IMG/VR virus record: IMGVR_UViG_3300033746_000020
Span: 1 to 27,922 of that record
Reading direction: 5' to 3' (one strand)
DNA: 27,922 nt
Origin: a virus
Lineage: Duplodnaviria > Caudoviricetes
Part shown: positions 8,813 to 18,183 of the stretch, piece by piece
How the letters are laid out: each line of letters starts with the position of its first letter
Numbering within the stretch: position 1 is the stretch's first letter
Program-made: the position numbers and the translations under genes
The notes under the pieces: model-generated
Told to the model about the DNA's origin: nothing
Databases searched by the model: none
What the model saw: the letters and a program-made list of their open reading frames with translations, nothing else

Positions 8813-11104
8813 GTGATTTTGGCAGATAACTTTGGGCTCAAAATTGGTGTTGAGGGCGAGAAGGAATTTAAAAGTGCACTTCGTGACATCAATCAGACAT
8901 TTAAGGTTCTGGGATCTGAGATGAAACTGGTATCCTCACAGTTTGATAAGCAGGATAAATCTGTCCAGGCCTTAACGGCAAGAAATGAAGTTTTAAATAA
9001 GGAAATAGATGCACAAAAGAATAAAATCGGTACTTTGGAAGCTGCCCTTAAAAATGCCGCTGAATCCTTTGGTGAAAATGATAAAAGAACACAGGCTTGG
9101 CAAATCCAGCTTAATAATGCCAACGCTGATTTAAATAAGATGGAACGGGAGCTTGATGAAAATAACAAAGCACTAAATGAAGCCAGTGAAGGTTTTGATG
9201 AAGCAGGAAATGAAGCGGATGATTTTGGTGATGAGATAAAAAAGAGTGCCAACGTTGCAGATGATGCGGGAGGAAAATTTGAGAAACTAGGCAGTATTGT
9301 CAAAGGAATCGGTGTGGCAATCGGAGCGGCTATGGCTGCCATTGGAACTGCCGCAGTTGCCGCAGGTAAAAAGCTTTATGACATGGCTAATGATGCTGCC
9401 GCAGCTGGAGATGAGATTGATAAAGCAAGTCAACGTATTGGACTTTCCAGAAAAGGCTATCAAGAGTGGGACTATGTGCTTTCGCAAAATGGTGCAAGCA
9501 TATCTACTTTAGAAAATGGCATGAAAAAACTAAATAACACGGTTGATGATGCCATCAATAGTAGTACTTCTGCCACTGATAAATTCAGGCGATTAGGAAT
9601 TTCGATGGAAGATCTCCAAGGGAAATCAAGAGAAGAAATCTTTGAGATGACGGTGAGAGGACTGCAGGGTATTGCTGATGAAGGCGAAAAAGCGGCCATT
9701 GCCAATGATCTCCTTGGAAACTCATCCGTGGAACTAGCAGCTCTTTTAAACCAAACTGCAGAAAGCACAGAAGACTTAAAGAACAAAGCTAGTGAGCTAG
9801 GGCTGGTGATGAGTGATAAATCCATCGATGCTGCAGTCGAGTATACCGATGCCATGGATAATCTTACCCGTTCTTTTACCGGTGTGAAAAACAATATCAC
9901 TTCCCAACTCCTCCCCGGCTTTACCATGATCCTTGATGGTCTTACAGGTCTAATCACAGGACAAGAAGGTGCAGCGGAACAGTTAAAAGAAGGAGCCAAA
10001 GAAACAGTAGAGCAGATAGCAGTAATTCTTCCCCAAATCTTAGATGTGGTCACTGGACTGATAGCTGCCATTGCAGAAGTTGCTCCTGAGCTAGTCATTG
10101 CTCTTGTTAACGGTATTTTGGATAATTTACCAACACTGATTGATGCAGCGACAAATATTATTATGACCATAGTGGGCGGTCTTATTGAGGCATTGCCTCA
10201 AATAACTCAAGGGGCGCTTCAGTTGGTACTAACGTTAGTGGATGGAATCATTGCCAATCTCCCTGCCCTTGTTGAAGCGGCACTTGTGATGATTGTTACC
10301 CTTGCCACTGGCATTGGTGAAGCACTGCCGGAACTGATTCCGTCCATCGTAGAAGCCGTGATTTTGATTGTAGAAACATTGATTAATAATCTGGATTTGG
10401 TCCTAGAAGCGGCTTTTCAAATTATCAGTGGTTTGGCACAAGGTATCTTAAATGCACTGCCTACCTTAATTCAGGCTTTACCACAAATTATAAGTAGCAT
10501 TATTACTTTTATCACCACAAATCTACCTAAGATTATTGAGATGGGTGTTCAGCTTACTATTCAGCTTGCGGCAGGATTGATTCGGGCTATTCCTCAGTTA
10601 GTGGCACAAATTCCTCAGATTATTACAGCATTAGTGACTGGTTTAGGAAAAGCCATACCGGCCATTATTGATGTGGGTAAAAACATCGCCAGAGGGCTCT
10701 GGGACGGTATTGCCTCCATGGTGACTTGGCTTAAAAACAAAGTCAGTGATATGGTTGGTGGAATTGTCAAAGGAGTTAAGGGACTTTTAGGCATCCGATC
10801 TCCATCTCAAGTTTTCGCTGGTATTGGTGAAAACATGGGTGAAGGTATCGGTGTAGGATTTGAGAAGGCCATGGATGATGTTAGTGAAGATATGCAAAAG
10901 GTCATCCCCACAGATTTTAATTTAGACTCCGATGTAAATGTAAATGGTGGTGCAGGTGGCGGATATGGAATGCTTGGTGGCTCTTTAATTACCATTCAGC
11001 AGATGATTGTACGCAGTGAAGATGATATTCGAAAGATATCACAAGAACTTTACAATTTAATGCAGACCGGTTCTCGAGCACAGGGGCGCTTTATAACAAC
11101 GTAA
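8813..11104 (+). CDS. Tail tape measure protein
   Basis: GLKIGVEGEKEFK start, coiled-coil N-terminus, Ala/Gly/Ile-rich ~11-residue periodic hydrophobic repeats (e.g. IIANLPALVEA), LGIRSPS motif. Start GTG 8813 or TTG 8819. Confidence 0.92.
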   Translation: MILADNFGLKIGVEGEKEFKSALRDINQTFKVLGSEMKLVSSQFDKQDKSVQALTARNEVLNKEIDAQKNKIGTLEAALKNAAESFGENDKRTQAWQIQLNNANADLNKMERELDENNKALNEASEGFDEAGNEADDFGDEIKKSANVADDAGGKFEKLGSIVKGIGVAIGAAMAAIGTAAVAAGKKLYDMANDAAAAGDEIDKASQRIGLSRKGYQEWDYVLSQNGASISTLENGMKKLNNTVDDAINSSTSATDKFRRLGISMEDLQGKSREEIFEMTVRGLQGIADEGEKAAIANDLLGNSSVELAALLNQTAESTEDLKNKASELGLVMSDKSIDAAVEYTDAMDNLTRSFTGVKNNITSQLLPGFTMILDGLTGLITGQEGAAEQLKEGAKETVEQIAVILPQILDVVTGLIAAIAEVAPELVIALVNGILDNLPTLIDAATNIIMTIVGGLIEALPQITQGALQLVLTLVDGIIANLPALVEAALVMIVTLATGIGEALPELIPSIVEAVILIVETLINNLDLVLEAAFQIISGLAQGILNALPTLIQALPQIISSIITFITTNLPKIIEMGVQLTIQLAAGLIRAIPQLVAQIPQIITALVTGLGKAIPAIIDVGKNIARGLWDGIASMVTWLKNKVSDMVGGIVKGVKGLLGIRSPSQVFAGIGENMGEGIGVGFEKAMDDVSEDMQKVIPTDFNLDSDVNVNGGAGGGYGMLGGSLITIQQMIVRSEDDIRKISQELYNLMQTGSRAQGRFITT

Positions 11105-11117
11105 AGGAGGACGATGT

Positions 11118-11891
11118 ATGGGATTTATTTATAACGGCATTAGTTCAAAGGACATGAAGATAAAAGCAAGACTCACAAGCTGGCAGGCATCGCCCGCCCT
11201 TAGAAACTCCTATGAAATGGTGCCGGGGAAAGCAGGTGTTGCTGATTTTGGTTGTGATAGCTCAGAGCGAATCATCATCGTTAATTGTAATGTATACCCA
11301 CAAAAAAGTTTTGCTGAGCTGGTAAATGTATTGGATGGGTTAGCTGAATGGCTAAACCCCATGAATGGTTTGAAGCAACTTGTATTGGATGATATTCCAG
11401 ATCGTTACTTTTATGCCCGTCTTACTGAGCAGGTGGATTGTGAGAGGCTACTTAGAACGGCAGGGGCATTTGATCTTAAGTTTATATGCCCAGATCCTCA
11501 TGCTTATGCTCTGACAGATGAGCAATTTACAATTTCCAGTGAAGGCAACCATGAGATTGAAAGATTAACCGGAAATGCTGACTCAGAACCCGTCTATCAA
11601 CTTAAGGGGACAATTAACAGTTCATCCTCTACCTATATCTCGATTACAACAAATGGTGAAGAATTACGAGTTGTTGGAGCTTTGACAGCAGATGAAGTTC
11701 TTGTCATTGACAGTGGACTAGTGACAGCTAAAATAACGGATACAAACGGAAACACATTGAGAAATGGTTTACCAGGCTTGGATGAGCTGAATTTTCCTGT
11801 TCTTCATAAGGGAGATAATGAAATAGCAATCACTGTGGCGGGAGCAACATTTTCTGAATTAAGGATTCTGGCTAAGAGCAGATGGAGGTGA
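11118..11891 (+). CDS. Distal tail protein (Dit)
   Basis: MGFIYNGISS start, VPGKAG, LVLDDIPDRYFYA, FICPDPHAY, FPVLHKGDN; follows tape measure gene. Confidence 0.85.
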   Translation: MGFIYNGISSKDMKIKARLTSWQASPALRNSYEMVPGKAGVADFGCDSSERIIIVNCNVYPQKSFAELVNVLDGLAEWLNPMNGLKQLVLDDIPDRYFYARLTEQVDCERLLRTAGAFDLKFICPDPHAYALTDEQFTISSEGNHEIERLTGNADSEPVYQLKGTINSSSSTYISITTNGEELRVVGALTADEVLVIDSGLVTAKITDTNGNTLRNGLPGLDELNFPVLHKGDNEIAITVAGATFSELRILAKSRWR

Positions 11892-11895
11892 TCAG

Positions 11896-14418
11896 GTGGC
11901 CATTAAGTCGATTTTAACAGTGCAAACAGATTTCACAGGCGAGTTTCCAGTAAGTGATCAGACCGTTGGACTTTGGCGATTTAATGAATCAGTGCCAGAT
12001 GGAAACACCATGCTTTTAGATGCGTCAGGCAATAACAGAAACTTCTTTGTATCCGGATGGTCCGGAACTTCAGCTAGTTTGGTTTTAGGTAGACTTGGGA
12101 GATTTTTCAGGCAAAACATTATCAATCCTACAAGTGAAAGAACCCATTTAGTGGCTACCAATGACGGTAGCTTTTTTAGTGATTTAGGAGAAAAAATCGT
12201 AGTGGGTGGATGGATTAACCCGACAACTTATTCCATTGGTCAAAATTTCATTCCCATTTTTAATACCAGACATGGACCAGGACAGCCGATTTTCTATGTT
12301 TCCTTATACCAAGGCAGATTAAGATTAATGCTTTACAATGCATCGGGTTCGCTGATTTATGATCAAACGGAAACACCAAGTATTACCCTTAGGAATAATG
12401 GTTGGTATTTCATAGCGTCCATTATTGAAGTAAATAGCAAAAGAGTACAAAATTTGGTCTGTGACCGAAGTGATGGTGCTATTTGGCAATCGCCCCTTAG
12501 AACTTTTACGGGAGATTTGAATCAAAACTGTGTAGCTAATATTGTCATGGGAATGCTCGCTGATACTTATTATTACGCGGGCGGATTTGATGATTGGTTT
12601 TATGAAAAGAATTCTACACTTACCATGGAGGAGCTTATTTCCTACTTCAAATCTTCTATCTTGGCAAACGGTGGTGACAGTGCCTCTGATGTAGATGCCC
12701 TAACGGAACCGGGTACTGTTATGCTGAAGGCAACAAGTGGTGTTTATGCTCAAAATGGTCAGCTTTATACAACCGCAGTTGCTTGTAGTCTTGCAGGAAC
12801 AGGAAGAGTATCAGTTACCAGCGAATACACAGCAGGGGTAACTGCCATCTCCCTTGTTGAAACCTCCACCTCTGATGATTTAGTCAGTTGGACACAGTGG
12901 CAGTCAGTGGGACCCAGTGGAGAACTTCAGTCACCGAATAGAGCTTATATTCGTTATCGAATTACTTTGACCACTCAAGATACAACAAGAACACCTAAGC
13001 TTATAGAAATACAGCTTCATGATATTCCGAAACCACCTTATGAGAGGCTCGGATTTGCAAGACCCGTTGTTTTGGATACCAACGGTGCGTGGGAAGCGGT
13101 GTTAGAAAATGCCTTTGACATCATTGTAACCAGTGAGGTAAATGGCGCCGATATCTTGGAGTTTAAGTTGCCATTTCATGATTCCAAGCGAGAGTCCCTA
13201 GATAATGAGAAACAGGTGCAGATTGTAAATGATGTGTACCGAATTCGAACCACGACAGATGAGAAAACTTCTGATGGACGAGTGATTACACAAGTGTATG
13301 CGGAAGCTGCCTTTTATGATCTTTCATTCAGCGCGGCAAAAGAGCCGATGGATTTTGTCGCTGAAACACCAGAGGCTCCTATACATTATGCCTTGCTTGG
13401 TACAGGGTGGGCTTTAGGGAACGTAACGGTAAGTACAAGGAGAACATGGCAATCTACGGAGAAAAACGCGCTATCAATTCTTCGAGCCACACAGAACATT
13501 CATGGTGGAGATTTAATATTTGATAGTGCCAATAGGTTGGTGCATCTTTTGACATTTGGTGGTACAGACAGTGGAGCCTTGTTTTGCTATAGAAAAAACA
13601 TGAAAAGCATACAAAGGGTAGTAGATACAAGAAGCTTAATCACTCGACTTTATGCATATGGAAAAGATGGGATGACATTTGCCTCTATTAATGGAAATAA
13701 AGAATATGTGGAGGACTACAGTTACTCATCAGAAGTAAGAGTGGCAACCCTTGATGCCTCATCCTTTAGCAATCCTTATCAGATGCTCGAGTTTGCTAAT
13801 ATGCGATTAGCACAGTATTCAAGGCCTAGAATTTCCTATGTTCTTTCAGCTATGGATTTATCTGTGCTGACGGGATATGAACATGAAGCTTGGAATTTAG
13901 GTGATATCGTTACCGTGGATGATAAAGACTTAAATTTGTCAGTAAAAACTCGTGTGGTGCGCAGGCAGTACAATCTACAAGAGCCATGGAAAACAGTACT
14001 GGAGCTATCCACCACCTTAAGAGAATTAGGGGATGCATCTGCTGGGTGGGATAAAGCTGCCGATATTTTATCCTCAGCCGATGTCCTTGACAGGCAGGAA
14101 GTAAAAGATTTAGTTCCCTTTAACCATCTGAGAAATTCAAGAGCCGATGACGGGATCACCTACTGGCTCAATTCAGGGTTTGATGTTGATCCAAACAATG
14201 GTGTCTCAGGAGATGCTTCCTTTAAAGCTGATGGGGTTTTAGGCATGACAAAAAGTCTATCCCAAACTATCTATCCAGCAAGTAGGAGGAGTTACACATT
14301 CTCAGCTCAGATTGCATCAGAGAATCTTCAAAAAGGCCCTAATGGGCAAGTCGGCATTGAAGTTATGATTGAATACGAGGATGGTACAACCGAAACAAGG
14401 TTTATTGATCTCTTTTAG
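11896..14418 (+). CDS. Tail tip/spike protein: N-terminal LamG/ConA-like lectin, central prophage-endopeptidase (Tal-like) region, C-terminal partial CBM-like domain
   Basis: GLWRFNE...DASGNN, GGWINP, WYFIA, GGFDDW (LamG-like). NGADILEF, KNMKSIQR...ITRLYAYGKDG, LGDIVTV (Tal-like). NHLRNS...SLSQT...YTFSA (CBM-like). Confidence 0.8.
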   Translation: MAIKSILTVQTDFTGEFPVSDQTVGLWRFNESVPDGNTMLLDASGNNRNFFVSGWSGTSASLVLGRLGRFFRQNIINPTSERTHLVATNDGSFFSDLGEKIVVGGWINPTTYSIGQNFIPIFNTRHGPGQPIFYVSLYQGRLRLMLYNASGSLIYDQTETPSITLRNNGWYFIASIIEVNSKRVQNLVCDRSDGAIWQSPLRTFTGDLNQNCVANIVMGMLADTYYYAGGFDDWFYEKNSTLTMEELISYFKSSILANGGDSASDVDALTEPGTVMLKATSGVYAQNGQLYTTAVACSLAGTGRVSVTSEYTAGVTAISLVETSTSDDLVSWTQWQSVGPSGELQSPNRAYIRYRITLTTQDTTRTPKLIEIQLHDIPKPPYERLGFARPVVLDTNGAWEAVLENAFDIIVTSEVNGADILEFKLPFHDSKRESLDNEKQVQIVNDVYRIRTTTDEKTSDGRVITQVYAEAAFYDLSFSAAKEPMDFVAETPEAPIHYALLGTGWALGNVTVSTRRTWQSTEKNALSILRATQNIHGGDLIFDSANRLVHLLTFGGTDSGALFCYRKNMKSIQRVVDTRSLITRLYAYGKDGMTFASINGNKEYVEDYSYSSEVRVATLDASSFSNPYQMLEFANMRLAQYSRPRISYVLSAMDLSVLTGYEHEAWNLGDIVTVDDKDLNLSVKTRVVRRQYNLQEPWKTVLELSTTLRELGDASAGWDKAADILSSADVLDRQEVKDLVPFNHLRNSRADDGITYWLNSGFDVDPNNGVSGDASFKADGVLGMTKSLSQTIYPASRRSYTFSAQIASENLQKGPNGQVGIEVMIEYEDGTTETRFIDLF

Positions 14419-14432
14419 GAAGGAGTGGTGCT

Positions 14433-14627
14433 ATGGCTTATTTTTTCCATACAGCTCATGTTATCTCACCGCGAGGGTTTAGCAAGATAAAGGCTCTAAC
14501 CATTCGTATATATGTTTCTGATTGCACAGGCGCAGTATTCTTTACTGATATGCTTTTGCAAGGAGGCTCTATTGCTACAGGCTGGACTCCCCATGTATCA
14601 GAAATTAAATGGACACTAGATGGGTAG
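14433..14627 (+). CDS. Small tail-tip protein (64 aa), resembles the C-terminal half of a jelly-roll domain
   Basis: Strong SD GAAGGAG; DCTGAVFFTDMLLQGGSIATGW motif. Confidence 0.7.
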   Translation: MAYFFHTAHVISPRGFSKIKALTIRIYVSDCTGAVFFTDMLLQGGSIATGWTPHVSEIKWTLDG

Positions 14628-14636
14628 GTGGTGATA

Positions 14637-15218
14637 TTGTCAGTTTCTTTTACTAGATTTGCAGAGACCATTCATTGCAAAGAAGAAAAGCGTGTTGTTA
14701 GCATAACGGTGGAACTACTTTTAGAAGACTGCACTGGTACGGTTTATTTTACCGACATTCAAGCGCAAGAAGGAGACCGCTTGACGGGTTACACAATCAA
14801 TACAGAAACCATGCTCCAGAAATTTAGGCAGAATAATAGCATTGTGCCTGTTCGTTTTTATAACGGAGTGGTTCGTAGTAGTGAAACAATCATTCTCTTT
14901 AATCTCGGTAAAACCTCAGCTGGTCTTGATTGTCACATTTACCCGATACAGGGTATGCAAGCAGGAGGTATTGAGTTATCTCAAGGAGCTGGAGCACATA
15001 AGGTTAAGTTTAAAGATTCCATAAACCCAGGAGACACACTTTCTCTTTTAGCCTCTACCAGGCAGTGTTTGAAAAATGGGAGCCCTTCTGAAAAAGAGGG
15101 CTTTTTTCAATACACCGCAGCTAGTGATAGTAAGCATGTGGTGAAGTTAGAAGATAGAAAATCTGCCAGGGTATTATTCGAGTTTCAAGAAATGCAGGAA
15201 GGAAGTGAACGCCCATGA
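14637..15218 (+). CDS. Tail-region protein whose N-terminus is paralogous to the 64-aa protein
   Basis: DCTGTVYFTDIQAQEGDRLTGY motif. Likely TTG start at 14637 after AGGTGG (track start 14628). ATGA overlap with the next gene. Confidence 0.7.
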   Translation: MSVSFTRFAETIHCKEEKRVVSITVELLLEDCTGTVYFTDIQAQEGDRLTGYTINTETMLQKFRQNNSIVPVRFYNGVVRSSETIILFNLGKTSAGLDCHIYPIQGMQAGGIELSQGAGAHKVKFKDSINPGDTLSLLASTRQCLKNGSPSEKEGFFQYTAASDSKHVVKLEDRKSARVLFEFQEMQEGSERP

Positions 15219-17686
15219 GAGATTATTTAAAAGGAAAGCGGTGCATGGTTTGGAGTTTCATGGGCAATGCTCGTATGTACCAAGCCTTACGTGATTATGG
15301 TGATCGCTTGGATACCGTAGGGATTTTTACCTTTGAAGTAGATATTACCGGAACAATAACAGAAACAGGTACAAGCATCTCCAGCATGCTTACTTACATC
15401 AACCGATGGCCACATATCAAGTGGCTGCTTACAATCATGAATCATGGTACAGCATCCATTTTTACAGCCCTTAGAAATAATACTAATGGTGCGAAGGATA
15501 AATTCCTTACTGAGATTATTCGTATTATGAATAAATACCCTTGGTGCGCTGGAGTGGATATAGACTTAGAGCGTGGTGGTGGCTATGAAAATAAGGATGC
15601 GGCCAATGCTCTCTTTCAAGATATCTATAATACGGTTAAAGCATACAATCCATCTAAACTCGTGAATATTTGCTTACCCGGCATGACAGGGGTACAAGGC
15701 TCCGTTGGTGGTGAAAACTGGTGTGTTTATGAAGATTTAGATCCCTACTGCGATACAGCAGCAATCATGAGTTATGGCATGGCTTGGGCGGGTTCTGCGC
15801 CAGGGCCTGTATCCCCTAGAAATTGGCTGGAAGGGACCTATGATTATGCAGCTCGTGTTATGACTCCTGAAAAAGTGTTCTTTGGACTGCCTGCTTATGG
15901 TTGGAACTGGAGGATACACGATTCTCCTGCGAATCTAGGCATTACCTACCGAGGAATTTCCAACACCTATTATGCAGCCCAAAACTGGATGACTGGAGTC
16001 TATAACTTCACAAATGATGCTCCTCCCCAACCTCGTATTCCTATCATTGCGTATTGGGATGATTACGATAAGGTTCCTTGGGCTTTACCGCAGGTGTATG
16101 ACTACATGGAAGGGTGGGATGCGGTTTCAAGAACGTATCCGTTAATTGGAGAAACCTATAACAGGCGCAGATATTTGACAGCTTATAGTAAACAGCAAAG
16201 AACTGAGTTTGGCACAATCTATGTAGACCGGACTGGAGGAAGTCCAGATAGCCATACTGGGAACGTGTCCGTTTCTACTCAAATGGTAACCCTTGGAGAA
16301 GAAGGCGAAGCAGAATATGAATTTGAAATAGCTACTGCCGGTGTTTATGATGTTGCAGTCCGTATCTCTTTCCCCTTTTGGGATAAGAATGGTATTCATG
16401 TTGCTTTGGATGGTGTAAGTTCTACTTTTAGTGAGAATAGACTATGGTGGCCATATTGGCGCACAACTTGCTGGCTTTCCTTGTCTTCGGGTGTATATCT
16501 TTCAGCCGGCACGCACACAATCAGCGTCAGTGCGCTAGTACCAGGTGTGCAGTTTTATGGATTTCGTGTATGCTCTAATTTCTCTGAGAGTCCTTCTGCA
16601 GGAGAGGCAGAATTTATGTTATCACCACGAATGTTTAAAGATGTTAACGGAGTGATGGCTGAACCGGATCGAGGATTTAAGCTAACCACAGAGGTGCTAC
16701 GTCGAAAAGCAGACTCTGCACTAGTTTGGTATGAAGACTTTAGGGATGACAACCCCTTACCATCTAGTTATTGGACAGCTTTAAGTGGTCAGTGGCAGGT
16801 GTGGAGAAATCCTAATCAAACAACTAGTCGTCCCTACTCACAGCTTGATGGATCAGGAGAGTTGGCATGGAATTACACAGGTTTTTCAGATGTTCATTTA
16901 CGAGCAAGAATAGCATTTACACCGGAAGGAAATGGCCGAGCGGGGGTATTTTGCGGGGATGTATTTTGCTGTCTTAATTTCAATACGCAACGCATCGAGC
17001 TTTATAAGGGTTCTTCCCTACTAGGTAGTACTGCCACTGAGATTATAAAAACAACAGAGGCAAATCTTCGTTCCAATCCGAGAATGTACACCGTTGAAAT
17101 GAGGATTAGAGGTAACTCGGTAAGGGTCTATTCAGGGGCAAGTAATACTCTTCGATTTACTGCAACCCTTAATGGGTTTTCAGGAGGTTATGCAGGGGTT
17201 CGTTCTGATGGTCGCATTCTTTGTGAACTATTAAGGTTGGGAGATGCTTGGGTCTATGAACCTTATGAAAGGTTTGATTTGATATTTCCAGGAGGAACGA
17301 CCGTAGAGTATGGAAGGCTTTCAAGGACCGGAGTGACTTGGGATAGTGAGTTCCAGGTATTCGCTGTAAATAGTGATGTGGAGGAGTCTTCAACAAGAAG
17401 CCAAGACATCTCCATGGATTATGATTTCTTTCACTCAGGAGTTTTGCCACTTGTTTGCGGAAATGATTATCCAGTAAAAGTCGTGCCTAAAGATATCAAT
17501 GTTTGGATTTCTCGCCTATTTCTTGGAGATGCTGATGGTTTTTCAATTCTTTATTACCAGGACGTAGACAGCCTTGTTTATTGGGCAAATGAAGCGGCAT
17601 ATCGATGGAAGCTTAGAGGAATTGCTATATGGTCTTTAGGACAGGAAGACATGAGATTATGGGAGGCGCTGCCTAAACAAATATAA
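15215..17686 (+). CDS. Glycoside hydrolase family 18 protein with a large beta-rich insertion
   Basis: Catalytic GVDIDLE (DIDLE at 15557-15571), IMSY, GLPAYGWNW, and terminal GIAIWSLGQED typical of YaaH/SleL-like GH18. Confidence 0.85.
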   Translation: MRDYLKGKRCMVWSFMGNARMYQALRDYGDRLDTVGIFTFEVDITGTITETGTSISSMLTYINRWPHIKWLLTIMNHGTASIFTALRNNTNGAKDKFLTEIIRIMNKYPWCAGVDIDLERGGGYENKDAANALFQDIYNTVKAYNPSKLVNICLPGMTGVQGSVGGENWCVYEDLDPYCDTAAIMSYGMAWAGSAPGPVSPRNWLEGTYDYAARVMTPEKVFFGLPAYGWNWRIHDSPANLGITYRGISNTYYAAQNWMTGVYNFTNDAPPQPRIPIIAYWDDYDKVPWALPQVYDYMEGWDAVSRTYPLIGETYNRRRYLTAYSKQQRTEFGTIYVDRTGGSPDSHTGNVSVSTQMVTLGEEGEAEYEFEIATAGVYDVAVRISFPFWDKNGIHVALDGVSSTFSENRLWWPYWRTTCWLSLSSGVYLSAGTHTISVSALVPGVQFYGFRVCSNFSESPSAGEAEFMLSPRMFKDVNGVMAEPDRGFKLTTEVLRRKADSALVWYEDFRDDNPLPSSYWTALSGQWQVWRNPNQTTSRPYSQLDGSGELAWNYTGFSDVHLRARIAFTPEGNGRAGVFCGDVFCCLNFNTQRIELYKGSSLLGSTATEIIKTTEANLRSNPRMYTVEMRIRGNSVRVYSGASNTLRFTATLNGFSGGYAGVRSDGRILCELLRLGDAWVYEPYERFDLIFPGGTTVEYGRLSRTGVTWDSEFQVFAVNSDVEESSTRSQDISMDYDFFHSGVLPLVCGNDYPVKVVPKDINVWISRLFLGDADGFSILYYQDVDSLVYWANEAAYRWKLRGIAIWSLGQEDMRLWEALPKQI

Positions 17687-17707
17687 ATGAAACAAGTATA
17701 ACGATCC

Positions 17708-17740
17708 AAGGGTGTTTGCGGAAATGCAGGCACTCTTTTT
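17708..17740 (+). terminator. Intrinsic terminator-like hairpin before the lysis genes
   Basis: AAGGGTGTTTGCG-GAAA-TGCAGGCACTCTT (with G-U pairs) followed by a T-run. Confidence 0.6.
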
Positions 17741-17772
17741 ATATATTCAAAATCATGAAGGAGGTAAAAGTC

Positions 17773-18183
17773 ATGAAGGAAATTTGGAACTGGGTACAAG
17801 TGGCACTAACTGCATTAGGGGGATTCTTAGGATGGTTCTTGGGAGGCTTTGATGGCTTTTTATATGCATTAGTTACATTGATGGTGGCTGATTATATCAC
17901 TGGTGTCATGTGCGCCATTGCCTACAAAAAGCTATCCAGCGAAGTCGGTTTTCGAGGCATTTTTAAGAAGGTGCTTATTTTTGTAATGGTTGGAATCGGT
18001 CATATTATCGACACGAACCTTATAGGAGACGGTAGCATGCTCCGAACCGCCATCATCTTTTTCTATTGCTCCAATGAAGGGGTTTCCATGTTGGAAAATG
18101 CAGGGCGCTTAGGATTACCGATACCAGAAAATCTAAAAGATATTCTTGCTCAGCTGCATAACAAAGGAGGAAAAGAACAATGA
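17773..18183 (+). CDS. Holin (toxin secretion/phage lysis holin family)
   Basis: GGFDG, DYITG, LSSEVGFRGIFKK, NEGVSMLENAGRLGLPIP motifs; transmembrane segments. SD AAGGAGG supports a start at 17773. Confidence 0.92.
   Translation: MKEIWNWVQVALTALGGFLGWFLGGFDGFLYALVTLMVADYITGVMCAIAYKKLSSEVGFRGIFKKVLIFVMVGIGHIIDTNLIGDGSMLRTAIIFFYCSNEGVSMLENAGRLGLPIPENLKDILAQLHNKGGKEQ

Noticed and set aside
9990-10800. Periodic repeats in the tape measure gene as a repeat array or diversity element
   Set aside because: These are degenerate protein-level ~11-aa repeats normal for tape measure proteins; I saw no exact DNA repeats.
14625-14627. Genome-wide TAG reassignment (alternative genetic code)
   Set aside because: Only one in-frame TAG junction; long genes are uninterrupted in the standard code and other TAGs end genes at expected positions.
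11896-17686. Diversity-generating retroelement or invertible tail-fibre switch
   Set aside because: No reverse transcriptase, template/variable repeat pair or inverted tail cassettes were seen in the window.
17753-17780. Holin/antiholin dual start (MKEVKV-MKEIW; TCATGAAGGA repeated)
   Set aside because: The upstream ATG at 17755 has no SD and overlaps the SD of the 17773 start. It cannot be excluded but is unsupported.
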